36,863 bases of DNA, taken from Sandaracinaceae bacterium. Its GTDB lineage: Bacteria; Myxococcota_A; Polyangia; Polyangiales; Sandaracinaceae. Below the pieces are notes generated by a model that saw only the letters and a list, made by a program, of their open reading frames with translations, did no database searches and had not been told where the DNA came from. A program made the translations under genes and the position numbers. This document shows positions 1 to 8,978 of this stretch, in pieces (position 1 is the first letter of the stretch; every line of letters starts with the position of its first letter). The DNA is taken from NCBI GenBank assembly GCA_044220955.1, contig JBGAQA010000069.1:1-36863 (forward strand). The letters run 5' to 3'.

Positions 1-1
1 T

Positions 2-568
2 CTCGCCGGACGCTCGCTCGTACGCGGGTTCGAGGACGCGAGCGACGGCGAGGCGCGCGGCGAGCTCGCGTGGGCCGCGACGCTCGCGGGGATCGCGTTC
101 GGCAACGCGGGCGTGCACCTGCCGCACGGGATGAGCTACGCGGTCGCGGGGCTCGTGAAGAGCTACCGCGCGCCAGGCTACCCGGACGACGAGCCGATGG
201 TCCCGCACGGCACGAGCGTCGTGCTCAACGCCCCGAGCGTGTTCCGCTTCACCAGCGCGGCGTGCCCGGAGCGGCACCTCGAGGCCGCCGATGCGCTCGG
301 GGCCGACGTGCGCGGCGCCTCGAAGGACGACGCCGGCGAGATCCTCGCTTCTCGCCTGCTCGCGCTCATGCGCGCGACCGGCATCCCCGACGGCCTCGCG
401 GGGGTCGGCTACGACGCGTCGGATCTGGACGCGCTCGTCGACCGCGCGATCGTGCAGAAGCGCCTCGTCGACAACGCGCCGCTCGCGGTCGACCGCCACG
501 CGATGCGCGCGCTCTTCGCCGGCGCCATGAGCTACGTGCCGACGGAAAGGCGTCGAGCCGGATCATGA
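2..568 (+). CDS. Hydroxyacid-oxoacid transhydrogenase / iron-containing alcohol dehydrogenase, C-terminal part (5' truncated by window edge)
   Basis: Frame open from position 2: ...[25 protein letters not shown]...[19 protein letters not shown], carrying the Fe-ADH His motifs in the HOT/ADHFE1-type context. Confidence 0.85.
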   Translation, partial: LAGRSLVRGFEDASDGEARGELAWAATLAGIAFGNAGVHLPHGMSYAVAGLVKSYRAPGYPDDEPMVPHGTSVVLNAPSVFRFTSAACPERHLEAADALGADVRGASKDDAGEILASRLLALMRATGIPDGLAGVGYDASDLDALVDRAIVQKRLVDNAPLAVDRHAMRALFAGAMSYVPTERRRAGS

Positions 569-999
569 GCGAGCGCGTCCCCCCGCCCACGCGCGACGCC
601 TACCGCTGGCACGTCCCGATCACGACGCGCTGGATGGACAACGACGTCTACGGCCACGTGAACAACGTCGTCTACTACGCGTTCTTCGACACGGTCATCA
701 ACCGCTACCTCATCGAGGAGGGCGAGCTCGACATTCACGGGGGCGCGATCATCGGCCTCGCCGTCGAGACCTCCTGCACGTTCGCCGGCTCCGTGCGCTT
801 CCCCGACGCCATCGAGGCAGGCCTGCGCGTCGCGCACCTCGGCACGAGCAGCGTGCGCTACGAGGTCGGCATCTTCGTCCTGGGCGACCCCGTCGCGCGC
901 GCGCACGGGAGGTTCACGCACGTGTTCGTCGATCGCAGGGCGCGGCGCCCGGCGCCGATCGCGGGAGCGCTGCGAGCCGCGCTGGAGCGGCTCACGTAG
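565..999 (+). CDS. Acyl-CoA thioesterase (4HBT/YbgC hotdog family)
   Basis: ATG at 565 overlaps the upstream stop (ATGA). Motifs [17 protein letters not shown] and LGTSSVRY; 144 aa. Confidence 0.9.
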   Translation: MSERVPPPTRDAYRWHVPITTRWMDNDVYGHVNNVVYYAFFDTVINRYLIEEGELDIHGGAIIGLAVETSCTFAGSVRFPDAIEAGLRVAHLGTSSVRYEVGIFVLGDPVARAHGRFTHVFVDRRARRPAPIAGALRAALERLT

Positions 1000-1006
1000 C
1001 GCCCGG

Positions 1007-3160
1007 CTACATCGTGATGGCGTTGTGCGTGTTGCCGCTCATCCCGGACTGGCCGGACGAACCGCACGAGGTACCGCCGTTGCCGCCGCTGCCGACCGCG
1101 TAGATCGTCGCCGTCAGCTCCTGGATCTGCGCCGTCGGGCCGTTGCCCCAGATTCCGAACGAGGGGCCGCCGCCGCCGCCGCCGCCGCAGCCACCGCCGC
1201 CGCCGCTGCCGCCGCTGCCGCCGTTGCCGCCCGCGCCGTTCGTGCCGGCCGTCGACGCCGCGCCCGCCCCGCCGGTCCCCCCGCCGCCGCCCGAGCCGCC
1301 CGCGCCGCCCGCGCCGCCGTTGCCGCCGCCGCTGGTGGTGATGCGCACGTTCGTGACGGTGATCGTCGAGTCGACCAGGACGATACCGATCGAGGCGCCG
1401 CCCTCCGAGCCGCCGCGCCCGCCGAGCCCGCCGCGCCCCCCGCCGCCGCCGCCGCCGCCGCCGCGCCCGGTGTCGCAGTACACGCAGCTTCCGAGGACCG
1501 TGCAGTTCTCGCCGCCGCCCGCGCCGCCGCCACCGCCGCCGCCGCCGACGCCGCCCGTCGTGCCCGTCCCCGCCGTCGAGGGCGACCACGTCGTTCCGGT
1601 GAGCGTGCCGATGCCGTCGCCGGCGGTGCCCGGTCCGCCGATCGTCCCGGTGCAGCCGAGGCCGCCCATGCCGCCGGGCTGCGGGTTGCCGTCACCGCAT
1701 CCGAGCCCGCCGGGGCCCGACGGCGCGCCGGGCGAGCCGCCCGCACCGCAGCTGCCCGCCGCCCCCATCGCGCCGGCGGGCCCCGCGGCCTGGTTCAGGC
1801 CACTGGCGCCCGAGCCGCCGCCGACCGAGCCGCCGCCGCCGCCGCCCGATCCCGACCCGTCGGAGCCGCGGGTGCCGTCCGCGCCGTTTCCACCCGTCGC
1901 GCCGTCGGCACCGTTTCCGCCGCGGCCCGCGATGACCGAGAGGTAGCGGAGCGTGAGGTAGTCGGACGACCCGTTCACGATCAGCGTCGCGGTCGCCGCG
2001 GACGGGGCGGTCTGGCTCATCGTCGTCAGGCTCACGCGGTCGATCACCGTCGGCGCCGTGAGGTGCGCGCTCACGGCCGTCGCGCCCGAGGTCACGATCT
2101 GCGCGCGGGTGTCGGCGCGCGTGGTGAACGTGGCCGAGTAGCCCCCGTAGATGCCCACGCCGCTCGGCAGCGTCAGCGCCGTGCTCGTCGAGTACATGCC
2201 GCTCGCCACGAGGATCTGCGTGCGCTCGGGGTGCGCCGCGAAGACGGCGAAGGCCGCGGAGAACGTGCCGACCGGCGTCGTCGAGGTGAGGCCGTCGTTC
2301 GACGGGGTGCCCGTCGTGCTCACGAAGATGGCGAGCGCGCGATCACCGTCGATGCCGTCGCAGTTCGAGTCGGCGAACGTGTCGTCGGGGAGGTCGACGC
2401 CGCCCGTGGGCGTGCACGCGAACTCGCAGCCGTTCGCGCTCATCCCGTCGAGGTCCACGTACCCGACCTCGCAGCTGACGCCGCACACGCCTGCCGTGCA
2501 GCTCGCGACCTGGTGCAGCGTCGGCGCGGGCGAGGGACACGCCATGCAGGTCGTGCCGTTGCCGCAGTGGGCGACGTTCGTCATCACGTCCGGATAGACG
2601 GTGTGGCTGCACATCCCGGGGCTCTCGGAGCAGCCGTCCATCGTGCAGTCCGAGTGGTCGTCGCAGTCGCGCATGCCCGACGAGACGCAGACCTGCATCA
2701 CGCACGACTCGACGCCGTTGCAGAACACGCCGTCGTCGCAGTCCGGGTCGAACTCGCAGACCGTTCCCGTCACGCACCCGCGCGTGGAGCAGTGCAGGCC
2801 GCTCGGGCAGTTCGTGTCGTTCACCATGCTCACGCAGCGATTCAGGGCCGCGTCGCAGTGGTCGTCGGTGCACTGGATGCCGTCCGTGCACGTCGGGACG
2901 TTCGCGACGATGCAGCGGCCGCCCATGCACTGCAGCACGCCGTTGCAGAACTGGCCGTCGTCCGGGCAGTCGGCGTTCGTCATGCACGTCGGCCCGGCGT
3001 CGCTGCCGGCGTCGCTCCCCGCGTCCATCGGGCCCGTGTCGCCGCGACCCGCGTCTCGCCCCGGGTTGCTCCCACCGCCGGGATCTGCGCAGCCCGCGAT
3101 CGCCAGGGACGTCAGGACCGCGACCGACACCGACCACACACCACGACCGAGATTCGTCAT
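1007..3160 (-). CDS. Cys-rich, Gly-rich (PGRS-like) modular lipoprotein
   Basis: Start MTNLGRG with GGGAG upstream; lipobox LAIAGC; DAG linker; CxDDGxFCNG and CTxDxC repeats; DSNCDGIDG motif; IFVSxxG..NDG..P module; Gly-rich C-terminus. Confidence 0.8.
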   Translation of the reverse strand: MTNLGRGVWSVSVAVLTSLAIAGCADPGGGSNPGRDAGRGDTGPMDAGSDAGSDAGPTCMTNADCPDDGQFCNGVLQCMGGRCIVANVPTCTDGIQCTDDHCDAALNRCVSMVNDTNCPSGLHCSTRGCVTGTVCEFDPDCDDGVFCNGVESCVMQVCVSSGMRDCDDHSDCTMDGCSESPGMCSHTVYPDVMTNVAHCGNGTTCMACPSPAPTLHQVASCTAGVCGVSCEVGYVDLDGMSANGCEFACTPTGGVDLPDDTFADSNCDGIDGDRALAIFVSTTGTPSNDGLTSTTPVGTFSAAFAVFAAHPERTQILVASGMYSTSTALTLPSGVGIYGGYSATFTTRADTRAQIVTSGATAVSAHLTAPTVIDRVSLTTMSQTAPSAATATLIVNGSSDYLTLRYLSVIAGRGGNGADGATGGNGADGTRGSDGSGSGGGGGGSVGGGSGASGLNQAAGPAGAMGAAGSCGAGGSPGAPSGPGGLGCGDGNPQPGGMGGLGCTGTIGGPGTAGDGIGTLTGTTWSPSTAGTGTTGGVGGGGGGGGAGGGENCTVLGSCVYCDTGRGGGGGGGGGRGGLGGRGGSEGGASIGIVLVDSTITVTNVRITTSGGGNGGAGGAGGSGGGGGTGGAGAASTAGTNGAGGNGGSGGSGGGGGCGGGGGGGPSFGIWGNGPTAQIQELTATIYAVGSGGNGGTSCGSSGQSGMSGNTHNAITM

Positions 3161-3180
3161 GCAGCTCCCCAACCGAAAAG

Positions 3181-3196
3181 CGATTCCGGAATCGTA
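3181..3196 (-). promoter_or_regulatory. Putative -10 box (TACGAT) overlapped by perfect 14-bp palindrome CGATTCCGGAATCG
   Basis: Palindrome at 3181-3194; TACGAT on the minus strand at 3196-3191, 30 nt upstream of ATG 3160. Confidence 0.5.
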
Positions 3197-3427
3197 CTCT
3201 CAATTGCGTCGGCTCGCCGCTCCGGCCCCTCCCGTCCGCGCGCTGCGCGCGCTTCCGTCCGGGCCCTCCGTGGCGAGCAGTCCTGTCGTCGCCAGAGCGC
3301 GGCGCCGGCCGCCGGCGCGCAGATCACGGTCGCGCCCGCGGACGTCGTACGCGGCGGTCAGCTCCCCCGGGAAACGACCGAAGCGGCCACCGTGAGGGAT
3401 CCCCGGGCCCACGGAAGAGAGGCAGCG

Positions 3428-5650
3428 TCAGCGGCGGACGAGGTCTCGCGCGGCGGCCTCGATGCTCGCCTCGTCGAGCAGCACGGTGAGCGCGGCGTCC
3501 CCGAGCGGGACGAAGCTGTCGGCGCTCGTCACGCGGCGCATCTTGCCCTCGAAGCCGCGGTCGACGAGGCCCGTGATCACCCCCTCGGCGATCCCGCCGC
3601 TCCGGCGCGTCTCGTCCACCACGAGCACGCGCCCGGTCGCGCGCGCCTCGCGGAGCACGTCGTCCTCGGGCAGGGGGACGATCCAGCGCAGGTCCACGAC
3701 CCGCACGCCGATGCCGAGCTTGCCGAGGCGCGCGGCGACGCGCAGCGACATGAAGACGCCGTTGCCGCTCGTGACGATCGTGAGCTCGTTTCCCTCGCCG
3801 TAGGTTCGTGCGCGTCCGATCGGCACGTGGCGATCGGCCGCCGGGTAGGGCGCGAGCCACGCCCCGTCGCCGGGCTCGTGCAGGTCGCGCGTGTGGTAGA
3901 GCGCGATCGGCTCGAGGAAGACGCACACGGTGCCGTCGACCTTCGCCGCGGCGACGCAGGTGCGGAGCATCGCCGCTGCGTCGTCGGGGCGCGCGGGGGA
4001 GGCGACGACGATGCCGGGGATGTCGCGCAGCACGGCGATCGCGTCGTCGTTGTGGAAGTGACCGCCGAACCCCTTCTGGTAGCCGTAGCCCGCGATGCGG
4101 ACGAGCATCCCGTTCCGGTACTGGCCGCTCGAGAAGAACGAGAGCGAGGCCGCCTCGCCGCGGAGCTGGTCCTCGGCGTTGTGCAGATACGCGAGGTACT
4201 GGATCTCCGGGACGGGCAAGAGGCCCGACACGGCCGTCCCGAGCGCGAGCCCGAGGATGGTCTGCTCGTCGAGCAGCGTGTCGAAGACGCGCGCCGGCCC
4301 GACGCGGCGCGAGAGGCCCTTGGTCACACCGTAGACGCCGCCCTTCTTGCCGACGTCCTCGCCGAACGCGAGCAGCTCCGGGTACGACGCGCAGAGATCG
4401 CAGAGCGTGCGGTTGATCGCGAGGCAGAGCGTGAGCGCGCCTTCGTCCTCCGGGAGCTTCCCGTCGTGGAAGCGCGCGCGCAGCTCCGTGGGCGGTGGCG
4501 TCGCGGCGAGCTCGGCCACGCGCTCCGGGGAGCGCGGTGAGAGCGGCGCCATCACGTCCCGCCGGCTCGTGAGCTGCGGGCGCGTGCGCGCCCTCTCCGC
4601 GAGCGCGACCACCTCTTCGCGCTTGGCCTCGTAGCGAGCGATCACCTCGCCGGGCGTCGCCACGCCGGACGAGACGAGCAGCTTCGCGACGCGCACCAGC
4701 GGATCGCGCCCGATCTCCGCCGAGATCTGGTCCGGCGTGCGGTACGTCGCCTCGGCGTCGCTGCCCGCGTGGCCCATCAGACGCACGACGCGGAGGTGGA
4801 GGAACGCGGGGCGCCGGTGGCTCCGCACCCAGCTCACGGCCTCGCGCGCGACCTCGACAGAGTCGACGAGGTCGCCGCCGTCGGCCTCGAAGTACCTGAG
4901 CCCGGCGCGCTGGCCGTACGCCGCGCGGATCCACCCGCTGGGCGTCGGGACGCTGATGCCGATGCCGTTGTCCTCGCAGACGAAGAGGAGCGGCAGCGGG
5001 TGCCCCGCGTGCGCCGAGTGGCACGCCGCGTTGATCGCGCCCGTCGCGGTCGAGTGGTTCGCCGACGCGTCGCCGAAGCTCGTGATCGCGATCGCGTCGC
5101 GCGGCCACGCGCCCGGCAGGCCGAGCTTCTTCGTGCGCTCGATCGCGAACGCGACGCCGAGCGCGCGCGGCAGCTGCGAGGCGATCGTCGAGGTCTGCGG
5201 GATCACCGCGAGCGGGTGGCTGCCGAAGACCTTGTGGCGGCCGCCGGCGATCGGCTCGTCCGAGGCCGCGCAGATGCCGAGCAGCACGTCGTAGAGCGCG
5301 CTCGTGCCCGGCACCTGCCGCGCGCGCTCGAGGAAGAACGCGCCCGAGCGGTAGTGGAGCAGCGCCGGATCGGTCGGGCGCAGCGCCGCCGCGACCGCCG
5401 CGTTGCCCTCGTGGCCGCTCGAGCCGATCGTGTAGAAGCCCGCGCCGCGCTTCTGGCGGAGCCAGCGCGCCGTGAGGTCGAGGTGGCGCGAGCCGAGCAT
5501 CGCGTCGAAGAGCTCGAGGGCGCGCCCGCCGGTCAGCGTCGTGCGCTCGTCGATCGGCAGGTCGGGCGCGCGCCGCTCCGTGGGCTCGAGGGCGCGCACG
5601 GCCGCGACGAACGCGCGATCGACCTCGAAGTCGAGCTCCGTCGTGGACAT
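3428..5650 (-). CDS. Fused 2-oxoacid dehydrogenase E1 alpha/beta (ThDP-dependent, branched-chain/transketolase-like)
   Basis: Alpha part: FYTIGSSGHEG, LHYR, GDASANH..N. Beta part: FGEDVGKKGGVYGVT, VFDTLLDEQTILG, EIQYLAY, VVDLRWIVPL, VLVVDE. Start MSTTELDF. Confidence 0.9.
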   Translation of the reverse strand: MSTTELDFEVDRAFVAAVRALEPTERRAPDLPIDERTTLTGGRALELFDAMLGSRHLDLTARWLRQKRGAGFYTIGSSGHEGNAAVAAALRPTDPALLHYRSGAFFLERARQVPGTSALYDVLLGICAASDEPIAGGRHKVFGSHPLAVIPQTSTIASQLPRALGVAFAIERTKKLGLPGAWPRDAIAITSFGDASANHSTATGAINAACHSAHAGHPLPLLFVCEDNGIGISVPTPSGWIRAAYGQRAGLRYFEADGGDLVDSVEVAREAVSWVRSHRRPAFLHLRVVRLMGHAGSDAEATYRTPDQISAEIGRDPLVRVAKLLVSSGVATPGEVIARYEAKREEVVALAERARTRPQLTSRRDVMAPLSPRSPERVAELAATPPPTELRARFHDGKLPEDEGALTLCLAINRTLCDLCASYPELLAFGEDVGKKGGVYGVTKGLSRRVGPARVFDTLLDEQTILGLALGTAVSGLLPVPEIQYLAYLHNAEDQLRGEAASLSFFSSGQYRNGMLVRIAGYGYQKGFGGHFHNDDAIAVLRDIPGIVVASPARPDDAAAMLRTCVAAAKVDGTVCVFLEPIALYHTRDLHEPGDGAWLAPYPAADRHVPIGRARTYGEGNELTIVTSGNGVFMSLRVAARLGKLGIGVRVVDLRWIVPLPEDDVLREARATGRVLVVDETRRSGGIAEGVITGLVDRGFEGKMRRVTSADSFVPLGDAALTVLLDEASIEAAARDLVRR

Positions 5651-5781
5651 GGGCGCGCGAGCATAGCGCGCGGGCGCGAGGCGCCGTGCCGTGGCTTCAC
5701 GCCGGGCCGCGGTGACGGGCGCGCGCGGCACGGATCGGCCCGCGCTTCCCGGCCGGCGCGCGCCTTTCGCTGGCCCGAGCG

Positions 5782-6735
5782 ATGCAACGGCACCGGCCCG
5801 TGCGTCATCTCCGAACGATCGGCCGCGTCCTCTCGGCGGGCTGGCTCCTCCTCCTGCTGCTCGCGTGCTGTACGTCGAGGACGATCACGCAGGCGGGCCT
5901 GGTCCCGTTCTCGGAGCCCGATCCGCCGCCGAGCTCGCACGGCGCGGGCGGGGTGGTCGTGTCCGGCTCGGGCCTGACCGAGCTCGATGCGCGCGGCGAC
6001 GTGACGAACGGCGACTACGTCCCTGCGGGTCAGCTCCACATCGGCGGGATGCTCCGGCCGATCGCCGGGCTGATGATCCGGCCGATGGGGATGCTCGCGT
6101 TCGCGAGCGGTGCCGGCTCGGTCGGTACGGGGATGGCGCCGGGAGGCGTCTCCGGCCCGACCCCGCTCGCGCCGCCGGACGGCCCCAGCTTCGGGCTCGG
6201 CGTAGACCTCGGCTACATGCTCGGAGACGAGAGCACGGGCTACCTCGTGCATCCGCACGTCGGGGCCTTCGGCGTCGGTCTCTCCTCGCGCTTCGCCGAT
6301 CCGGCGGGCGCGCCGCCGCAGAGCTCGGTCGCGGGCATGGGCGTCGTCGAGGGCGGGATCGACCTCGGCTACTGGGTGACGCCCTGGCTGCTGCTGATGG
6401 GGAGCCTCGACATGCGCAACATGCCGGCGTTCCCGAGCCAGGTGACGACGTGCGCGGGCAACGACCCGCCCTTCGTGGGCTTCGGGACCTTCACGATGAC
6501 GACGCGCCTGAGCTTCGAGGTGCAGGTGACGGAGGGCTTCGGCTTCTTCGCCGGCGCGGCGATCCCCGCCTACGGCAGCCCCTTCGCGTCGTACCCGATC
6601 CTCACGGGCGGCCTGCGCGGCAGCTTCGGCGACGGCCGGGTCGGCCTGCGCACGCCACGCGAGCCCGAGGAGCGCACGATCGACGAGAGCGGTGACGACG
6701 CGCCGCGCACCCCGGCCTGGGGAGCCGGGTCCTGA
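5782..6735 (+). CDS. Hypothetical lipoprotein, possible outer-membrane beta-barrel
   Basis: Hydrophobic LLLLLLAC signal; alternating Gly/aromatic beta-strand pattern (FGLGVDLGY, GGIDLGYW, LTGGLRGSF). Start could instead be GTG 5800. Confidence 0.65.
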   Translation: MQRHRPVRHLRTIGRVLSAGWLLLLLLACCTSRTITQAGLVPFSEPDPPPSSHGAGGVVVSGSGLTELDARGDVTNGDYVPAGQLHIGGMLRPIAGLMIRPMGMLAFASGAGSVGTGMAPGGVSGPTPLAPPDGPSFGLGVDLGYMLGDESTGYLVHPHVGAFGVGLSSRFADPAGAPPQSSVAGMGVVEGGIDLGYWVTPWLLLMGSLDMRNMPAFPSQVTTCAGNDPPFVGFGTFTMTTRLSFEVQVTEGFGFFAGAAIPAYGSPFASYPILTGGLRGSFGDGRVGLRTPREPEERTIDESGDDAPRTPAWGAGS

Positions 6736-6746
6736 CGCGCTGCCGG

Positions 6747-8930
6747 TCAGAGCAGACAGTTCGGCACGGGCACGTGCCCGCCGTGCGCGAGGTTGTCGAG
6801 CTCGATGCGCTCGCGCCGGTAGTAGCAGAGGTTGTTCGCGTGGCGGAGGTAGCCGTACTGGTAGAGGAGCGCGCTGTGGCGCACCTCGGCGGTGAGCTCG
6901 GCGCCGTTCGGCGCGTGGAAGTGCGCGAGGCGATGAGCGACCACCGTGGCGGCCTCGGCCTCGATCGTCATCAGTCGCGGGAACGCGGCGTCGACGTTCG
7001 TGCCGTCGGCGAGATCGACCGCTGCCGTCCACACCGCGATCGCGAAGTCGACGCGGACGCGCGTCACGTGGACGCCGTCGACGATCTCGCCGAGCCACCG
7101 ATCGTCGGGGTCGATGGAGAGCGCGGCGAGACGCGCCTCGATGGCCACCAGGTCGGTGCGGAACGTCGCGAGGCGGGCGAGCACGTCGGTGCGGAACGTC
7201 GCGCGCGCGCTCGGGCTCATCGCCTGCACCTCCACGAACGAGGGGCGCCGCGGCTCGGACCAGAAGCCCATGTCGAGCCCGAGCTGGAACGACGCGTCGA
7301 CGCCCGCCGTGTACGCCGAGAGCTCCTCGTCGATGACGGCGCGGTGCTCGATCTCCATGAGGTCGTTCACGATGTCGGCCACGGCGCTCCCGTCCGGCAG
7401 CGGGTCGAGCATGTCGTGGTAGAGCGCTCCCTCGCTGACGGGCAGGTGCTGCATCATGCGCAGCGCGGCCCAGTCGTTCTGCCAGTAGCCCCACTCCCAG
7501 CCGCTCGAGAAGATGACCTGCGAGTCGAGCTGGGCGGTGCCGTCGGCCGTCGCGCGCGCGCGGATGCGCGCGAGGTCCGTCAGGCGCGAGCGCACGTAGA
7601 GCGGCAGGTAGAGCGGCACGCTGTCGTCGTACGTGACCCAGTACGCCGTCTCGGGGCTGTACGAGACGGGCTGGTGCGCCGCGAGCCTGGAGAATAGGTA
7701 CTCGCGGTGCTCGCCGAATTCCGTGTGGCCGTAGGCGCCGCTGACCGGCTCGAAGAGGGTGAACGCCATGACCGAGTGGACCCAGGGCACGATGGCCGGA
7801 TCGGCGTAGCGCACGAGGAAGTAGTACAGGAGGTCGGTCCCCATGTAGGTCACGTGCGTCGAGGGGAAGTCGCCGACGTGGATCGTCGCGCTCACGATCG
7901 TGCCGGGCATCACCCGCTGGATGGTCGCGTAGGCGAGGTTCAGCGTGTCGATGAAGACCTGCGGCTCCTCGCCCGAGAACTCGCCGAACGTGAGCTGGAT
8001 GGAGTCGAAGGGGATCGCCGAGAACGTCCCCAGCCGCGTCTCGATCGCCCCCGCGACGTCCGTCGCGCCGCTCGGCACGAGGGTGAGCGCGCGCTGCAGG
8101 CTCGCGCCGCCGAAGAGCTGCACGCCGAGGCCGACGCGCAGGCCGCGCATGTGCGCGTACGCGACGATCGCCTGCGTGTGCGCCTCCCACGCCGCCTGCT
8201 CGCTCGGCATCCGGGCGATGTTGTCGAGCGCGGGATAGGTGAAGAAGTTCGCCCCGTTCTTCACGGCCCAGTCGATGATGCGCTCGGCCTCGCGCTGGTG
8301 CGCGCCGCTCGGCTCCCAGAGCGCGAAGAACGCCTCGATCGGGTGCAGCGTCCAGGGCATGAAGCCGCGCTCGCGCATCTCGGGGACGACCACCGGGCCG
8401 AAGACCGTCGGGTCCGGCGTCGCGAGCGTGGTGGGCACGAACGACTCGTCCGGGTGGAAGAAGCGCACGTCCATGGCCTCGAGCAGCGCCGCGAGGCCGT
8501 ACTGCTCGCCGAGCGGGTCGCCGCCCCGTACCACGAACCCGTTCGCCGCTCGCTCCAGGCGATAGCCCTCCGCTGCGATCGACGCGTCGCGGACGACGGC
8601 GATGCGGGTGGTGCCGGGGCCGGGGCTGCCGACCTCCGCGGCGGGATCGGCCGAGCTGCGCACGCCCGCCCTCAGCTCCGCCGGCAGATCGAACGCGAAC
8701 GCCTGCATGAGCGCGACGTCCCCGTCGGCGACGTAGATCGGCATCTCGACGGGCGTGTTCGCGTCGAAGGGGCCACCGTCGCTGCCGCCGTCGTTCGTCG
8801 CGTCGCCGGGTCCTGCGTCGCGCGCCGTGGCGTCCGTGCCTGCGTCCGCGCCGCCGTCCGGCCCGGCCGCCTGGGGAGCGGTGCAGGCGGTGAAGAGAGC
8901 GATGGCGAGGGAGACGGCCGAGGCGCGCAT
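6747..8930 (-). CDS. Lipoprotein, putative glycoside-hydrolase-like protein (GH20 domain-2-like N-terminus plus probable TIM barrel)
   Basis: MRASAVSLAIALFTAC lipobox; DAG linker; AEGYRL...VRGGDPLGEQYGLAALLE followed by P.MRERG, resembling the hexosaminidase domain-2 region; SSGWEWGYW motif. Confidence 0.65.
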   Translation of the reverse strand: MRASAVSLAIALFTACTAPQAAGPDGGADAGTDATARDAGPGDATNDGGSDGGPFDANTPVEMPIYVADGDVALMQAFAFDLPAELRAGVRSSADPAAEVGSPGPGTTRIAVVRDASIAAEGYRLERAANGFVVRGGDPLGEQYGLAALLEAMDVRFFHPDESFVPTTLATPDPTVFGPVVVPEMRERGFMPWTLHPIEAFFALWEPSGAHQREAERIIDWAVKNGANFFTYPALDNIARMPSEQAAWEAHTQAIVAYAHMRGLRVGLGVQLFGGASLQRALTLVPSGATDVAGAIETRLGTFSAIPFDSIQLTFGEFSGEEPQVFIDTLNLAYATIQRVMPGTIVSATIHVGDFPSTHVTYMGTDLLYYFLVRYADPAIVPWVHSVMAFTLFEPVSGAYGHTEFGEHREYLFSRLAAHQPVSYSPETAYWVTYDDSVPLYLPLYVRSRLTDLARIRARATADGTAQLDSQVIFSSGWEWGYWQNDWAALRMMQHLPVSEGALYHDMLDPLPDGSAVADIVNDLMEIEHRAVIDEELSAYTAGVDASFQLGLDMGFWSEPRRPSFVEVQAMSPSARATFRTDVLARLATFRTDLVAIEARLAALSIDPDDRWLGEIVDGVHVTRVRVDFAIAVWTAAVDLADGTNVDAAFPRLMTIEAEAATVVAHRLAHFHAPNGAELTAEVRHSALLYQYGYLRHANNLCYYRRERIELDNLAHGGHVPVPNCLL

Positions 8931-8978
8931 GGTCCGGATGATAGCGGCTCCGGCCCGGGCGACGTACCTTCGGCCTCG
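8931..8978. promoter_or_regulatory. 48-bp divergent promoter region with two -10 boxes
   Basis: TATCAT (minus, 8943-8938) 7 nt before ATG 8930; TACCTT (plus, 8965-8970) 8 nt before ATG 8979. Confidence 0.55.

Noticed and set aside
1143..1946. Poly-proline ORF on the plus strand
   Set aside because: Antisense mirror of the Gly-rich region of the 1007-3160 gene.
3210..3427. Possible ncRNA, riboswitch, terminator or 70-aa ORF in the intergenic region
   Set aside because: Several GC hairpins are possible (e.g. 3302-3318, 3390-3414) but I see no recognisable family motif or U-tract; such stems are expected by chance at this GC content.
1025..4540. Very long Arg/Ala/Pro-rich ORFs in the track (e.g. 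1025-4540+, 5533-8190-, 17133-19646-, 22362-25109+, 23506-26859-, 28737-30992+)
   Set aside because: Shadow frames of real genes; stop codons are rare in high-GC DNA and the translations have no motifs.
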